Source of the DNA: a bacterium
Lineage (GTDB): Bacteria; Patescibacteriota; 4484-211; GCA-002791395
Reading direction: 5' to 3'
Assembly: GCA_027002475.1 (NCBI GenBank)
Contig: JALWZS010000023.1
Location: forward strand, 1 to 60,940
DNA length: 60,940 bases
The notes beneath the pieces were generated by a model that was given only the letters and a program-made list of their open reading frames with translations, was not told the DNA's origin and did not search any database. The stretch's first letter is position 1. The number at the start of each line of letters is the position of its first letter. Below, piece after piece: positions 11,301-17,315 of the stretch. Made by a program: the position numbers and the translations under genes.

Positions 11301-12084
11301 GCGTTATGTCTGTATCTGCAATAGAGATATCGCCGTTAACATCTAGTGTTGTACCTGAGTTAAATGCTAACGTTCCTGAGGTGTAGTTGTCTGATGTATC
11401 TGAGCGTAAGAATGAAGTTGAGTCTACACCGTCTAGCGCTGAAGCGTTAAATGCATAAGGGGCAGCTGTTAGTTCCATACGGGGCTTCATCTCACCGTCG
11501 GAGTTAAAGTTAACTCCGATGTATAGTCTTTGATTAAAGTCAGAAGCTGAAAGGGAGTCTACATCTTGAAGTGTATTGATTGGGATTGTAAAGATACCAT
11601 CTTTTACATAAATGCGGTTGGTTATGGTATCTGAAGTTGCCCAGGCTTGTTGAGTTGGAGAGATGCCAAGAGTGTTAGTCGATGTATCTACCGAGGTTAT
11701 TATTACTGACTCGTTTTTAGTAGAGTTCCAAAGTATTTGACCTACGTGAAGAGAGTCTTCATTGGTATCTGAGGAATACACCAAGGACTCGCCACCACTT
11801 GCTGGTGCTGTTGTCATTGTTGTTGAGAGAAGATTTGCACTTGTCCAGTTCTCTGTATGAATAGCTGTTGCTGAAGAGCCTGCTCCGTCATATACCTTTA
11901 CCACAAAATCATAAAAACCATCGGCTACGTTAGTACCGTCCGAGTTAACTACCTTACCCTGAAAATCTATCTCCTGTGTTATTGCTGCATTAGCAAAAGA
12001 AGCATTAAACAAAAGTACTACAAAAATAGCTGCGAGCAGCTTTATGAAACACCGTGCGATACTATGGGCAGAGACCTTCAACAT
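2392..12084 (-). CDS. giant secreted surface protein (about 3230 aa): LVIVD beta-propeller repeats, tail-fibre-like GIGT(T/S)SP modules, IPT/TIG-like segments, a parallel beta-helix region, and a unique C-terminal ~700 aa
   Basis: An uninterrupted 9.9-kb ORF. ATG at 12084 gives a classic Sec signal (MLKVSAHSIARCFIKLLAAIFVVLLFNASFANA/A); the longer GTG start at 12261 adds a W/R/C-rich, non-protein-like stretch. There are seven YAYVAD..SGLQIIDISDPSSPSLTGTYDTSG repeats. Beta-helix rungs such as ITNSLFEYNDSGIRTY, IKNSEFKNNTDSGIKL, LRSNYIENNTSGGIYI and IQNNTIINGTTGIYI lie at about 5880-6840. Confidence 0.9.
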   Translation of the reverse strand: MLKVSAHSIARCFIKLLAAIFVVLLFNASFANAAITQEIDFQGKVVNSDGTNVADGFYDFVVKVYDGAGSSATAIHTENWTSANLLSTTMTTAPASGGESLVYSSDTNEDSLHVGQILWNSTKNESVIITSVDTSTNTLGISPTQQAWATSDTITNRIYVKDGIFTIPINTLQDVDSLSASDFNQRLYIGVNFNSDGEMKPRMELTAAPYAFNASALDGVDSTSFLRSDTSDNYTSGTLAFNSGTTLDVNGDISIADTDITLDGASTNFTSTGDVSFNTSQLYIDQSTGSVGIGDTAPSEKLTLAGGNLYHYASGNPTLEGSYDTSGAAYGVYVSGKYAYVADETSGGLQIIDISDPSSPSLTGTYDTSGQAFGIYVSGSYAYVADATSGLQVIDISDPSSPTLTGTYDTSGTALAVYISGKYAYIADRYSGLQVIDISDPSSPSLTGTYDTSGYARSVYVSGKYAYVADGSPGLKIIDISDPSSPSLTGTYDTSGYAESVYVSGKYAYVADNTSGLQIIDISDPSSPSLTGTYDTPGYAYGVYVSGKHAYVADHSYGLQVIDLSDPSSPSLIGAYDTSGWAYGVYVSGKYAYVADYTSGLQIIDINGIETPSLYAGNVQTNDITATENIDVGNNLYVRNGINVGPGGLYVDAGEVAFDGNSGSTAFRFGQSGTGDILNVFDGSSEVFTILDGGNVGIGATSPSARLEIDTGAVATIGQIIKPYSTVGSVTFSGTGLDDATSGGTFTGTSTLNYKVEIDGTGTPDTFKWSDDGGTTWDATGVAITGSAQTLNHGVTITFGATTGHTLADAWTFTATAPSGDLAQFQNPAGSSIGGITYNESGLAFNTDHLFIDKSTGYIGIGTTSPSSVLDVNGTITATDIACTDCLDFTELADAMTLDANTSIDLYDGSIDRDFTIKNSDASETALHIGGAYNHVSIGTSTTATDTLLYLNKLNTSTSGLFRGQYNYIQANPSGASSADYYGLQGSPAVYSGNTQNFTGDFIGVYGVVQHFGSGTMDYAYNGKFGVVVENGTVTNSYGVYIDSPTITGSGSVTNNYGLYQADTSASNYFAGDVGIGTSSPSTALDVNGTITATDIACTDCLDFTELADAMTLDANTTVDVYNSGVDQDLAIYNSNTNDYYLYIDGSDDSVVIGGSSISNGDKLFVTNTPTDTSGILKNVHSYINADASADSSASYYALRGEMSVSSTNTSNYTGSLTSVFGGVMNSGTGVVDNTYAGYFYNYVGSSSTTTNAYTLYLAASGGSGTITNNYGLYQADTNAFNYFAGDVGIGTTSPNAKLDVLYSDIGVTTDAIKALTSNTTGATFDTTSSDITNYAGYFTNTATESAGTNTLTNVGLYATASGADNNYAAIFENGNVGIGTTSPSALLSLAGSDADLLFVDNSTGQEYQWTSAGGHITFQRTDQANINSVLRVSGKGTGYLSGGINYMATLAIYGTDILADGTNYEGLSLFADRNSKYVVRSNAGGTGAYRPIVLEADGSSTFDQVYLSTSGGVGFGTTSPARLLHVAGAMRLDTTTTPTSPVVGDIYQDGTDLFFYNGSSWDDLTASSTGSSPWTDGGTYLYPTSAEVLGDSASAGSNKIAGLYLGDSSPLYFGTDNDVNYSFSGTTLAVTMGSNDINYDGNTLFIDGSADRVGINTTSPTVPLHVMGDVTVGGNEAIVTFPNSKTATPLALSNKKYSVTVPSGTASGNVTVTTDDGTSNTSPITLEDATVPSTSGESASYSTTVSGTISSDTTWSSNVLITGDVTVASGVTLTIDPGVTVLFDAGSDDQAGGTWTDRSELIVQGTLIAEGTSSNPIYFTSNASSKAANDWGAITIRLSSTNSSIKYSVIHYATYGVYFWTQNEGSGTLSATITNSLFEYNDSGIRTYNRPDYPSAGTVTFSATIKNSEFKNNTDSGIKLRDHTGDGTAIDSALVQGNWIHDNDYGIWLGSWSWWLGHTTANPTLRSNYIENNTSGGIYIFAQGSVDSSGSDTNVQPTIENNYLDNNGNNIHLKLDPYGSDGTQVLSPTIQNNTIINGTTGIYIEDTSTDDTLNPTITNNIIYGTSSYKIDNTTSRTITAENNFWGESSSDWDSGPQAGDTNGTVDTSPFADTSSAPMISKINATATSVGDSVIIYGANLGTVTTYDQKVHGGLALSEDFSLGDTTPSSSMFGIDVSTGSFYFGYDESVDPVLLFRSTGSDTGTLGFNSNDAFYFIGSDVGIGVTSPSAKLEIDTGAVATVGQIIKPYSTVGSVTFSGTGLNDATSGGTFTGTSTLNYKVEIDATGTPDTFKWSDDGGTTWDATGVAITGSAQTLNHGVTITFGATTGHTLADAWTFTATAPSGDLAQFQNPAGSSIGGITYNESGLAFNTDDLFIDKSTGYVGIGTTTTTSLLTLGGTAEITNSSGDIVIDTSDDIFLDVSDGQELFVGDISNVTTAAYLGTITLNQDRGSTAGTAYRWIAMSNDETNGESDLTIGYIGNGTAGDESYTQIYSANNNPLKIAGYSGASYLYLDNGSIGVGTTSPSSALDVNGTVTATDFSCTDCLEQGNIANSAIGQGELKTTIGEVSSNIVGTALTLPGGEYGFYPQSKVSATCTSAQVKLVYSANNGAVGTGTTYATTAVIDSINTCTAYLQQRYIQASPPYFIDGYLMPHFIYVLRDKDTNKILASYQAEDPPWDNNGGDPKRMPHPFFNYIGKELPANVEIDLIDASNINELKQQAQAKGLSLLEYIQNFMQVDPTDVTPPISPNTGKPIRLPLQTTWRKLMLKPNADSIEVQPAVPTTQDSVNDGVDIAENFPGTFLEPGDVVDIVKAREAKPWDDKPDYVLVKSDKPYSSRALGIISTNPAQVLSVGGSDGQLPLALNGRVPVKVIVTPDSIKVGDIITTSMIKGIAIKATQPGYAVAKALETTDDYTLDSCTPVAYMEAIVWPEDDGDNSSRPCFKVPVNSFTDSVKTEIEKAGVAQDGYVVVGKILAFVNLSWQDPTITVSDDGVLVDRSTGKAIYLELKAEDIIANTLEAREAQIDNLSVNSLLIEGVSLSDYIAQIVGPDVRSNEPPVVMGSADGDINLSSEVASLTISNSLTSTGITKLADTVIVGDLSVEGDITGSLGDLTFQGQKIVMSKDGDLTLVGGVLSAKEVKADKVVASEVETKGLFVTSDQSVGTATIAAGEISAVVSTSAITGTSKVFLTPNIPVAAAVTSRKIGESFTITIEKPMDSKLNIDWFIIN
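4918..5424. repeat. copy 2 of a 507-nt intragenic duplication inside the giant gene
   Basis: Aligns base for base with 9493-9999 at a constant offset of 4575 nt. The encoded 169 aa differ at 7 positions by my reading (GIGVTSPSAKLEIDTGAVATVGQII...GLAFNTDDLFIDKSTGYVGIGTT). Confidence 0.85.
9493..9999. repeat. copy 1 of the 507-nt intragenic duplication inside the giant gene
   Basis: See 4918-5424. The two near-identical antisense ORFs in the track (4973..5182 and 9548..9757) are a by-product of this duplication. Confidence 0.85.
10230..11170. repeat. seven tandem ~129-nt (43-aa) LVIVD-type repeats within the giant gene
   Basis: The unit GKYAYVAD-x-SGLQ(I/V)IDISDPSSPSLTGTYDTSG-x3-VYVS recurs 7 times. 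The DNA copies are clearly related but diverged. Confidence 0.8.
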
Positions 12085-12475
12085 TCTAACTATAAAGTAG
12101 CATTTACTTGCTTTTGTAGCAACGGTTTTTAGCAAAACAGATGAGCCAGACAGGCTTCTGTAAAGCCCCAAAACAAGCGGCGTTAAGCAGGCGGGCGAAT
12201 TTGCCAGTCTTGCCCATGTGAAGCGGTAAACTGCCCATACCCAAAACCTACACGAGTGCACCGGAGCACATCTTATCGGTCATGCTGTGCAAGCCCTATT
12301 AAACCCTAAGAGCAACAAAGATTAAACGCATGCGCTACTAGCAATGCACGCACCCAATTGCCAGCGCCCCATCCCCCCTAGTGTTATGCGTTATTGCATG
12401 ACAAGAAAGGCAACGAAAGATACCCACATAAATAATAACTAAGTCCTAAAAGTTCGAGCAACAAACACTAAAGGG

Positions 12476-13393
12476 TTAAGATTTAAGCTTATTTAGTATA
12501 TATTTTTTATAAAGTTTTAAGAACACGAAAAACAACAAAATGCTCATTAAAGTAATTGCAATTAGTTTAATAGGGACAACATAAAAAGTAGCATTAGCTA
12601 TGTTGCCATCACCAAGTTCTAAAGTAGCAGTAAACTTTCCAGCAAGTATTGGCAATTTATATTCAGCATTATTAGGCGCCCACTCAACCGCCAAATCCTT
12701 TTCACTACCCGGTAAAACATAGGACAAACTATCATTAACCAATACTTCGTTATACACACGTCCTGTTATGTCGTTTTTTACCTTAATCCTTCCCAAAGGC
12801 TTTTCAAAAATAGTTCCGTTATTTTTTAATGTTACGTTAAAAGAAACAGGTGCCGTTTCGTAAATCTTATTAGCGCTATTAAAACTAGCTACCACCAAGT
12901 CGTGTTTCAGGCTTGTCTCTCCAACAGTTAGGTAGATAATCGTTAGTAGGCGCGAATGGATAGAGGTTTTATATTCCGCTGACGCTTCATCACCAACTGG
13001 ACTTGCCTCAAAAGCGATTGCATCGTAATAACTACCAGGAATTGCGTCTTTTGGAACATCGATTAAAGCACTAACTTGTAACTCGTCGTTAGGACCTAGT
13101 GTAAAAGGACCACCAGCTAAAGTTATCCATTTACTTGTTGAGTATTCGACTTGACCAGACTCCATGACTTGTGGAGTTCCATCGGCACTAAACCTTAGGT
13201 CATAAGGCTTAACCGAAACGTTAATATCTATGGAATCATTGTTTTTTAAAATCAAGCTAATTTGCCTAGACTCACCTGGATTAAGACGGATATCATTAAA
13301 GTTTGGCGATAGTGTAAGCGCGTTAATAGGTCTCACAAAGCCAAATAGTGCAATCGCGATAACTAAAGAGTACAAACCAAACCTTTTAATCAT
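12476..13393 (-). CDS. cell-surface protein with DUF916/DUF3324-like architecture (signal peptide, two Ig-like domains, C-terminal TM and basic tail), paralog 1
   Basis: ATG at 13393 gives MIKRFGLYSLVIAIALFGFVRPINA. Motifs include WITLAGGPFTLGPNDELQVSALIDVPKDAIPGSYYDAIAFEA and LAGKFTATLEL. The C-terminal helix is LIAITLMSILLFFVFLKLYKKY. It lies immediately upstream of the giant gene. Confidence 0.7.
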   Translation of the reverse strand: MIKRFGLYSLVIAIALFGFVRPINALTLSPNFNDIRLNPGESRQISLILKNNDSIDINVSVKPYDLRFSADGTPQVMESGQVEYSTSKWITLAGGPFTLGPNDELQVSALIDVPKDAIPGSYYDAIAFEASPVGDEASAEYKTSIHSRLLTIIYLTVGETSLKHDLVVASFNSANKIYETAPVSFNVTLKNNGTIFEKPLGRIKVKNDITGRVYNEVLVNDSLSYVLPGSEKDLAVEWAPNNAEYKLPILAGKFTATLELGDGNIANATFYVVPIKLIAITLMSILLFFVFLKLYKKYILNKLKS

Positions 13394-13399
13394 AGGCAA

Positions 13400-13408
13400 A
13401 TTGTAACA
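13400..13408 (-). promoter_or_regulatory. extended -10 box TGTTACAAT, 6 nt upstream of ATG 13393 (leaderless-type geometry)
   Basis: Minus strand reads ...TGTTACAAT ttgcct ATG. There is no Shine-Dalgarno sequence in the gap. Confidence 0.45.
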
Positions 13409-13420
13409 GAAATATAACAC

Positions 13421-13876
13421 CGCATATCAATCGTCATTGCTACTTCTCCGTCATTACGAAGGAGCGAAGCGACTGAAGTAATCTCAAGGCAGTGGGATTG
13501 CTTGGCTAACACTCGCAATGACAATATAACACTCGCGATGACTATTAACCCGTCATTGCGAGCCGAATGCGTGGCAATCTATACATCGGGGAGATCGCCG
13601 CGTCGCGCTGCATGGAATGAGACTGCCGCGGTCGATCCGGCTCCCTCGCAGTGACGAGAGCGCGTCATTGCGATTCCGATGCATATCGGGAGAAGCAATC
13701 CAATCGCCGCGTCGAAAAGCTGCGCTTTCTTCCTCGCGATGACAGGAAGAATGAGATTGCCGCAGTGAATCACTGCGTGATTACTTCGCAATGACACATT
13801 GACCGTTATAGCTACCCTCCCGTCATTACGAAAGAGCGAAGCAACTGAAATAATCTATACATCGACAGCAACGCCG
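13421..13876. repeat. hairpin-repeat array R1 (GTCATTGCGAG/CTCGCAATGAC family)
   Basis: About 10 core copies in both orientations, with inner arms GGCAATCT / AGATTGCC and a CGCAGTGAATCACTGCG palindrome. Confidence 0.85.
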
Positions 13877-13906
13877 ATGGTAAAATACACATGTACTGCA
13901 TTCTCG

Positions 13907-14191
13907 ATGAAGCGAAAGGGGTATATCTACATCCTAACCAATAAGTATAATCATGTTTTGTATGTAGGGGTTACAAGCAACTTAGTAAGACGTATTAACG
14001 AACACAAATTGAGAGTAGGAAGTAAATTTACCAGTAAGTACAAGATCGATAAGCTTGTATATTATGAAACTTTTGACGATATCGAAGAAGCTATTGCTAG
14101 AGAAAAGCAAATTAAATCAGGATCCAGAGCTAGAAAGATTAAATTAGTAGAATCAATTAATCCTCAATGGAAAGAGCTAGAGCCAGTTTAA
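13907..14191 (+). CDS. small stand-alone GIY-YIG (URI-domain) nuclease family protein, 94 aa
   Basis: MKRKGYIYILTNKYNHVLYVGVTSNLVRRINEHK...YYETFDDIEEAIAREKQIK matches the GIY...YVG...R..EH...E pattern of the GIY-YIG fold. The upstream part of ORF 13799.. is repeat sequence. Confidence 0.85.
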   Translation: MKRKGYIYILTNKYNHVLYVGVTSNLVRRINEHKLRVGSKFTSKYKIDKLVYYETFDDIEEAIAREKQIKSGSRARKIKLVESINPQWKELEPV

Positions 14192-14204
14192 GAAATACAA
14201 CTAC

Positions 14205-14725
14205 AGGAAATTGCCGCAGTAAATTACTACGTGATCACTTCGCAATGACACATTGACTGCCATTGCGGGCGCAGTGGAGAAACATGGTTTCTCCCGTAAG
14301 CATGCGAAGTATGCGTCCATTGCGAGCGCTAGCGTGGCAATCTCCAATGTATAGATTGCTTCGTCGTAAATCTTTGATTTACTCCTCGCAATGACGGCTT
14401 GGTGTATTATCGTGATTTCTCGTCATTACGAAGGAGTGCAACCACTGAGGCAATCTCCTGTAAGCATACGAAGCAATATCATGTAGATAGACTGCCGCGC
14501 CTTCGGCTCGCAGTGACGGAAAGGGAAGTGCGCGAGGTTCGTCACTGCGAGCCCGCAACAAGCGGGAGAAGCAGTCTTAACTAACGAGATTACTGCGCAA
14601 TTTGCTACGGCAAATTACTCGTAATGACAAGAAAAATGCAATGCTATTTCACTTGCAGTGACGCTAAGCGTCAGATCGCCGCGCCACTTTGTGGCTCGCG
14701 GTGACGGGAAGAGTAAAACTACCGC
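14205..14725. repeat. hairpin-repeat array R2
   Basis: About 10 core copies plus the double-hairpin module GGAGAAAC-N4-GTTTCTCC-CGTAAGCATGCG..TATGCGTCC. Confidence 0.85.
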
Positions 14726-14734
14726 AGGTGCATG

Positions 14735-14762
14735 TTGACAACTGCCACACCTATTATATACT
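14735..14762 (+). promoter_or_regulatory. sigma70-like promoter for relBE (TTGACA, 16 nt, TATACT)
   Basis: TTGACA at 14735-14740 and TATACT at 14757-14762. ATG follows 11 nt later at 14774. Confidence 0.5.
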
Positions 14763-14773
14763 TTATATACACC

Positions 14774-15046
14774 ATGAAGACGACGGTAATAAACATCAAA
14801 ACAACAAACGAAGTCAAAACCCAAGCACAAGAGATAGCCAAAGAGTTAGGAATTAGCCTTAGTTCACTCATCAATGCTTACTTAAAGCAACTTACTCGCA
14901 CAAAACGAGTTGTATTTGATCTTAATCCTTACCCAAACGAACAAACAAGACAGTACTTAAATAATGTACATAATACCGATACGTCACCGACGTTTAACTC
15001 TATAGATGCAGCTAAACAATGGCTGGAAGAACAAACTAAAAAGTAA
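14774..15046 (+). CDS. relB: type II antitoxin, RelB/DinJ family (ribbon-helix-helix)
   Basis: MKTTVINIKTTNEVKTQAQEIAKELGISLSSLINAYLKQL is a typical RHH antitoxin N-terminus. It lies 20 nt upstream of the RelE-like gene. Confidence 0.8.
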   Translation: MKTTVINIKTTNEVKTQAQEIAKELGISLSSLINAYLKQLTRTKRVVFDLNPYPNEQTRQYLNNVHNTDTSPTFNSIDAAKQWLEEQTKK

Positions 15047-15066
15047 CCGCAACTTTAAACAATCAA

Positions 15067-15345
15067 ATGAGTACGCATATCCGATTTAGCAAAAAGTTCG
15101 TGAAGGGTTTCAAGAAACTCAACCGCAAAACACAAAAACGTTTTTACGATAGGCTTAAAATCTTTGAAGAAAACCCTTATCACCCAACGCTTCGAAACCA
15201 CCAGCTAGCTGGAGAGTACTCCCAGTTTAGAAGCATCAACATAACTGGCGATATTCGTGCAATATATCACGTTGTCAGGCAAGAGGAGAAAGTGCAAGTC
15301 ATACAGTTTGATTTAATCGGTAGCCACAGTGAACTGTACGAATGA
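15067..15345 (+). CDS. relE: type II toxin, RelE/StbE-type mRNA interferase family
   Basis: 92 aa with ...NPYHPTLRNHQLAGEYSQFRSINITGDIRAIYHV...IGSHSELY, the RelE/ParE-superfamily pattern. Confidence 0.8.
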   Translation: MSTHIRFSKKFVKGFKKLNRKTQKRFYDRLKIFEENPYHPTLRNHQLAGEYSQFRSINITGDIRAIYHVVRQEEKVQVIQFDLIGSHSELYE

Positions 15346-15349
15346 CAAC

Positions 15350-15670
15350 ACGGGAAGTTAGATTGCTTCGTTGAATCACTCAAAAGAGTTTCTCGTCACT
15401 GCGACTTGGTGCCAACCAACACGGCAGTCTATCTATATGAGATTGCTTCGCCTTCGTCTCGCAATGACGATCAACGTGTCATTACGAAGGAGCGAAGCGA
15501 CTGAAGTAATCTCAAGGCAGTGGGATTGCTTCGCTGCCGCTCGCAATGACGCGCTCTCGTCACTGCGAGGGAGCCGGAACGACCGTGGCAGTCTAGAGCG
15601 ATGGATTGCTCCGCGTACTTGAGATTGCCGCAGTCATTGCACTCCTTCGCAATGACAAAACAAATCAAGC
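15350..15670. repeat. hairpin-repeat array R3
   Basis: About 7 core copies, including the compact hairpin GTCATTGC-actccttc-GCAATGAC. Confidence 0.85.
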
Positions 15671-15674
15671 GACC

Positions 15675-16664
15675 TTACTTTTTCGCTTTCTTGGTGTGGC
15701 TTTTTACTACAGCTTTTGCGTAAAGCTTGAGGAAGATAACTATTGCCAAGATAAATCCAATTACAACTCCAAGAACGGTTAGTATAAATGGAATTGGTAT
15801 CAGCCAAAATTCTACAGTCCCCATTGCAACGGTAGTTGATGGCTCACCGTAAACTAGTGTTCCTTTTGCAGAGTACTTCCCTATTCGTGGTACAAATCCA
15901 AGCCAAGGTTTTGGGTCCCATGTTTCTTTAAATTTTCTAACACTGTTTGGAAGCACATTAGCAAACTTTTTGTTTATTTGAATTACCTCTTCTTTACCAC
16001 CTGCAGAGTTATAAATTTCTATAAGACCGGACGGCTTTATATGGGTATTTCCAGTGTTTTCAAATCTTACAAAAAAGTTAACTGGTGGATATTGATAAAA
16101 AAGCTTATCAGTTTCAAACGATAAAACCTGCCCCTCCTGCGTTGTGTCGCCAGCAACATTAATTAAAGCCAAAATTGTAACCTCATACTGAGCACCAACC
16201 GCATTCCCACCTTCCGGAGCACCGATCTTTTCTTTCACAACTATAGCCCCATGATGGCTACCCGGCTGAGCGTCCTCAGGGACACTTATCCTTACAGGCA
16301 CCACTTTCCGTTCGCCTGGCTTTAGGTCTATTGAATCTGATGGAAATATAATCCAGTCAGACAAACTACCTTCCACATTTCCGCCTACAAAAACTGCTTG
16401 TCCACTTTCATCTTCTGCTGGCTTAAAGTCATCTGTATACAAGACAACCGTCTTTTCATAGTCGTCTTGGTTTGTAATCTTCACATCAACGGTTAAAGAC
16501 TCGCCTGGCAGAATGTCGGATTGATCGATAAGGGCTGGCGATACCATGATGCCACCGCTAGAGTTTTGATTATTCTCCTGTGCAACAACGCGTACCGCAA
16601 CAAACGCGGCAACAGATAAAAATGCAACGAGAGTTAAGAGATATGAGCGATAATTTATTTTCAT
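15675..16664 (-). CDS. cell-surface protein with DUF916/DUF3324-like architecture, paralog 2
   Basis: ATG at 16664 gives MKINYRSYLLTLVAFLSVAAFVAVRVVAQ. Motifs include WIIFPSDSIDLKPGERKVVPVRISVPEDAQPGSHHGAIVV and IGKYSAKGTLVYG. The C-terminal helix is followed by KSHTKKAKK. The ORF part upstream of 16664 is repeat sequence. Confidence 0.7.
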   Translation of the reverse strand: MKINYRSYLLTLVAFLSVAAFVAVRVVAQENNQNSSGGIMVSPALIDQSDILPGESLTVDVKITNQDDYEKTVVLYTDDFKPAEDESGQAVFVGGNVEGSLSDWIIFPSDSIDLKPGERKVVPVRISVPEDAQPGSHHGAIVVKEKIGAPEGGNAVGAQYEVTILALINVAGDTTQEGQVLSFETDKLFYQYPPVNFFVRFENTGNTHIKPSGLIEIYNSAGGKEEVIQINKKFANVLPNSVRKFKETWDPKPWLGFVPRIGKYSAKGTLVYGEPSTTVAMGTVEFWLIPIPFILTVLGVVIGFILAIVIFLKLYAKAVVKSHTKKAKK

Positions 16665-16673
16665 GCAACAAGT

Positions 16674-16702
16674 ATTGTGCCAGCAAATCAGATGTAGGTC
16701 AA
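16674..16702 (-). promoter_or_regulatory. promoter candidate TTGACC, 17 nt, CACAAT, 9 nt upstream of ATG 16664
   Basis: Read on the minus strand. There is no SD sequence in the gap. Confidence 0.4.
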
Positions 16703-16734
16703 CAGGTATGAAATCGGTTGAGACTGTGACGTAC

Positions 16735-17140
16735 GCTTGTAGCAGATTGCTTCGCCTTCGGCTCGCAATGGACGCATACTGCGTATGCTTACAGGAGAAA
16801 CGCAGTTTCTCCATCATGCCATGAGCGATGACGAGGAGACGAAGGCGTTCAATTTGTCATCGCGAGTCTTTTCATGTCATTACGAGACCGCCATACGCGG
16901 GAGAAGTAATCTCATCGATTGAGACTGCGTCGTCACTACGTTCCTCGCAGTGACGGGAAAGCAGCGGAGAAGTGCAACTTCTCCTATAAGCACGCGAAGC
17001 GCGCGTCCATTGCGAGAAGGAAATCAAAGATTTTCGACGAAGCAATCTCTACTGCTATTAGATCGCCACGTCGCTACGTTCCTCGCGATGACAGTAGTAG
17101 CGTCGTCATTGCGAGCGCTAGCGTGGCAATCCCATCTGAT
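16735..17140. repeat. hairpin-repeat array R4
   Basis: About 9-10 core copies, the module CGTCACTACGTTCCTCGCAGTGACG, and two GGAGAA..TTCTCC double-hairpin modules. Confidence 0.85.
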
Positions 17141-17145
17141 ACCCC

Positions 17146-17176
17146 TCATAGAAAAGGCCCCCTTGCGGGGGCCTTT
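17146..17176 (-). terminator. rho-independent terminator after the 387-aa secreted protein gene
   Basis: Perfect 10-bp GC-rich stem AAAGGCCCCC-ttgc-GGGGGCCTTT (17153-17176). On the minus strand it is followed by TTTTCTAT. Confidence 0.7.
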
Positions 17177-17315
17177 CCCAAAAGTGCTATCTCTGACAGT
17201 CATACACGCTTATTATCGCCTGTATGCCGTGGTCCAGGATCAATCACGCCTTATTATTTGGGCCTAACTGTCCTACAACACTCCGTAGCTTTACGCGTAG
17301 GAGTGAACGCTTACA

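Noticed and set aside
2392-12084. A prophage tail-fibre gene, suggested by the GIGT(T/S)SP..L motifs typical of tail-fibre and endosialidase-chaperone proteins.
   Set aside because: There are no capsid, terminase, portal, baseplate or integrase genes nearby. The protein has a Sec signal and is embedded in a cellular surface-protein operon.
12085-12261. A 59-codon N-terminal extension of the giant ORF from a GTG at 12261.
   Set aside because: It encodes a W/R/C-rich sequence (MHSCRFWVWAVYRFTWARLANSPACL...) that is unlike a protein N-terminus. The ATG at 12084 gives a textbook Sec signal peptide.
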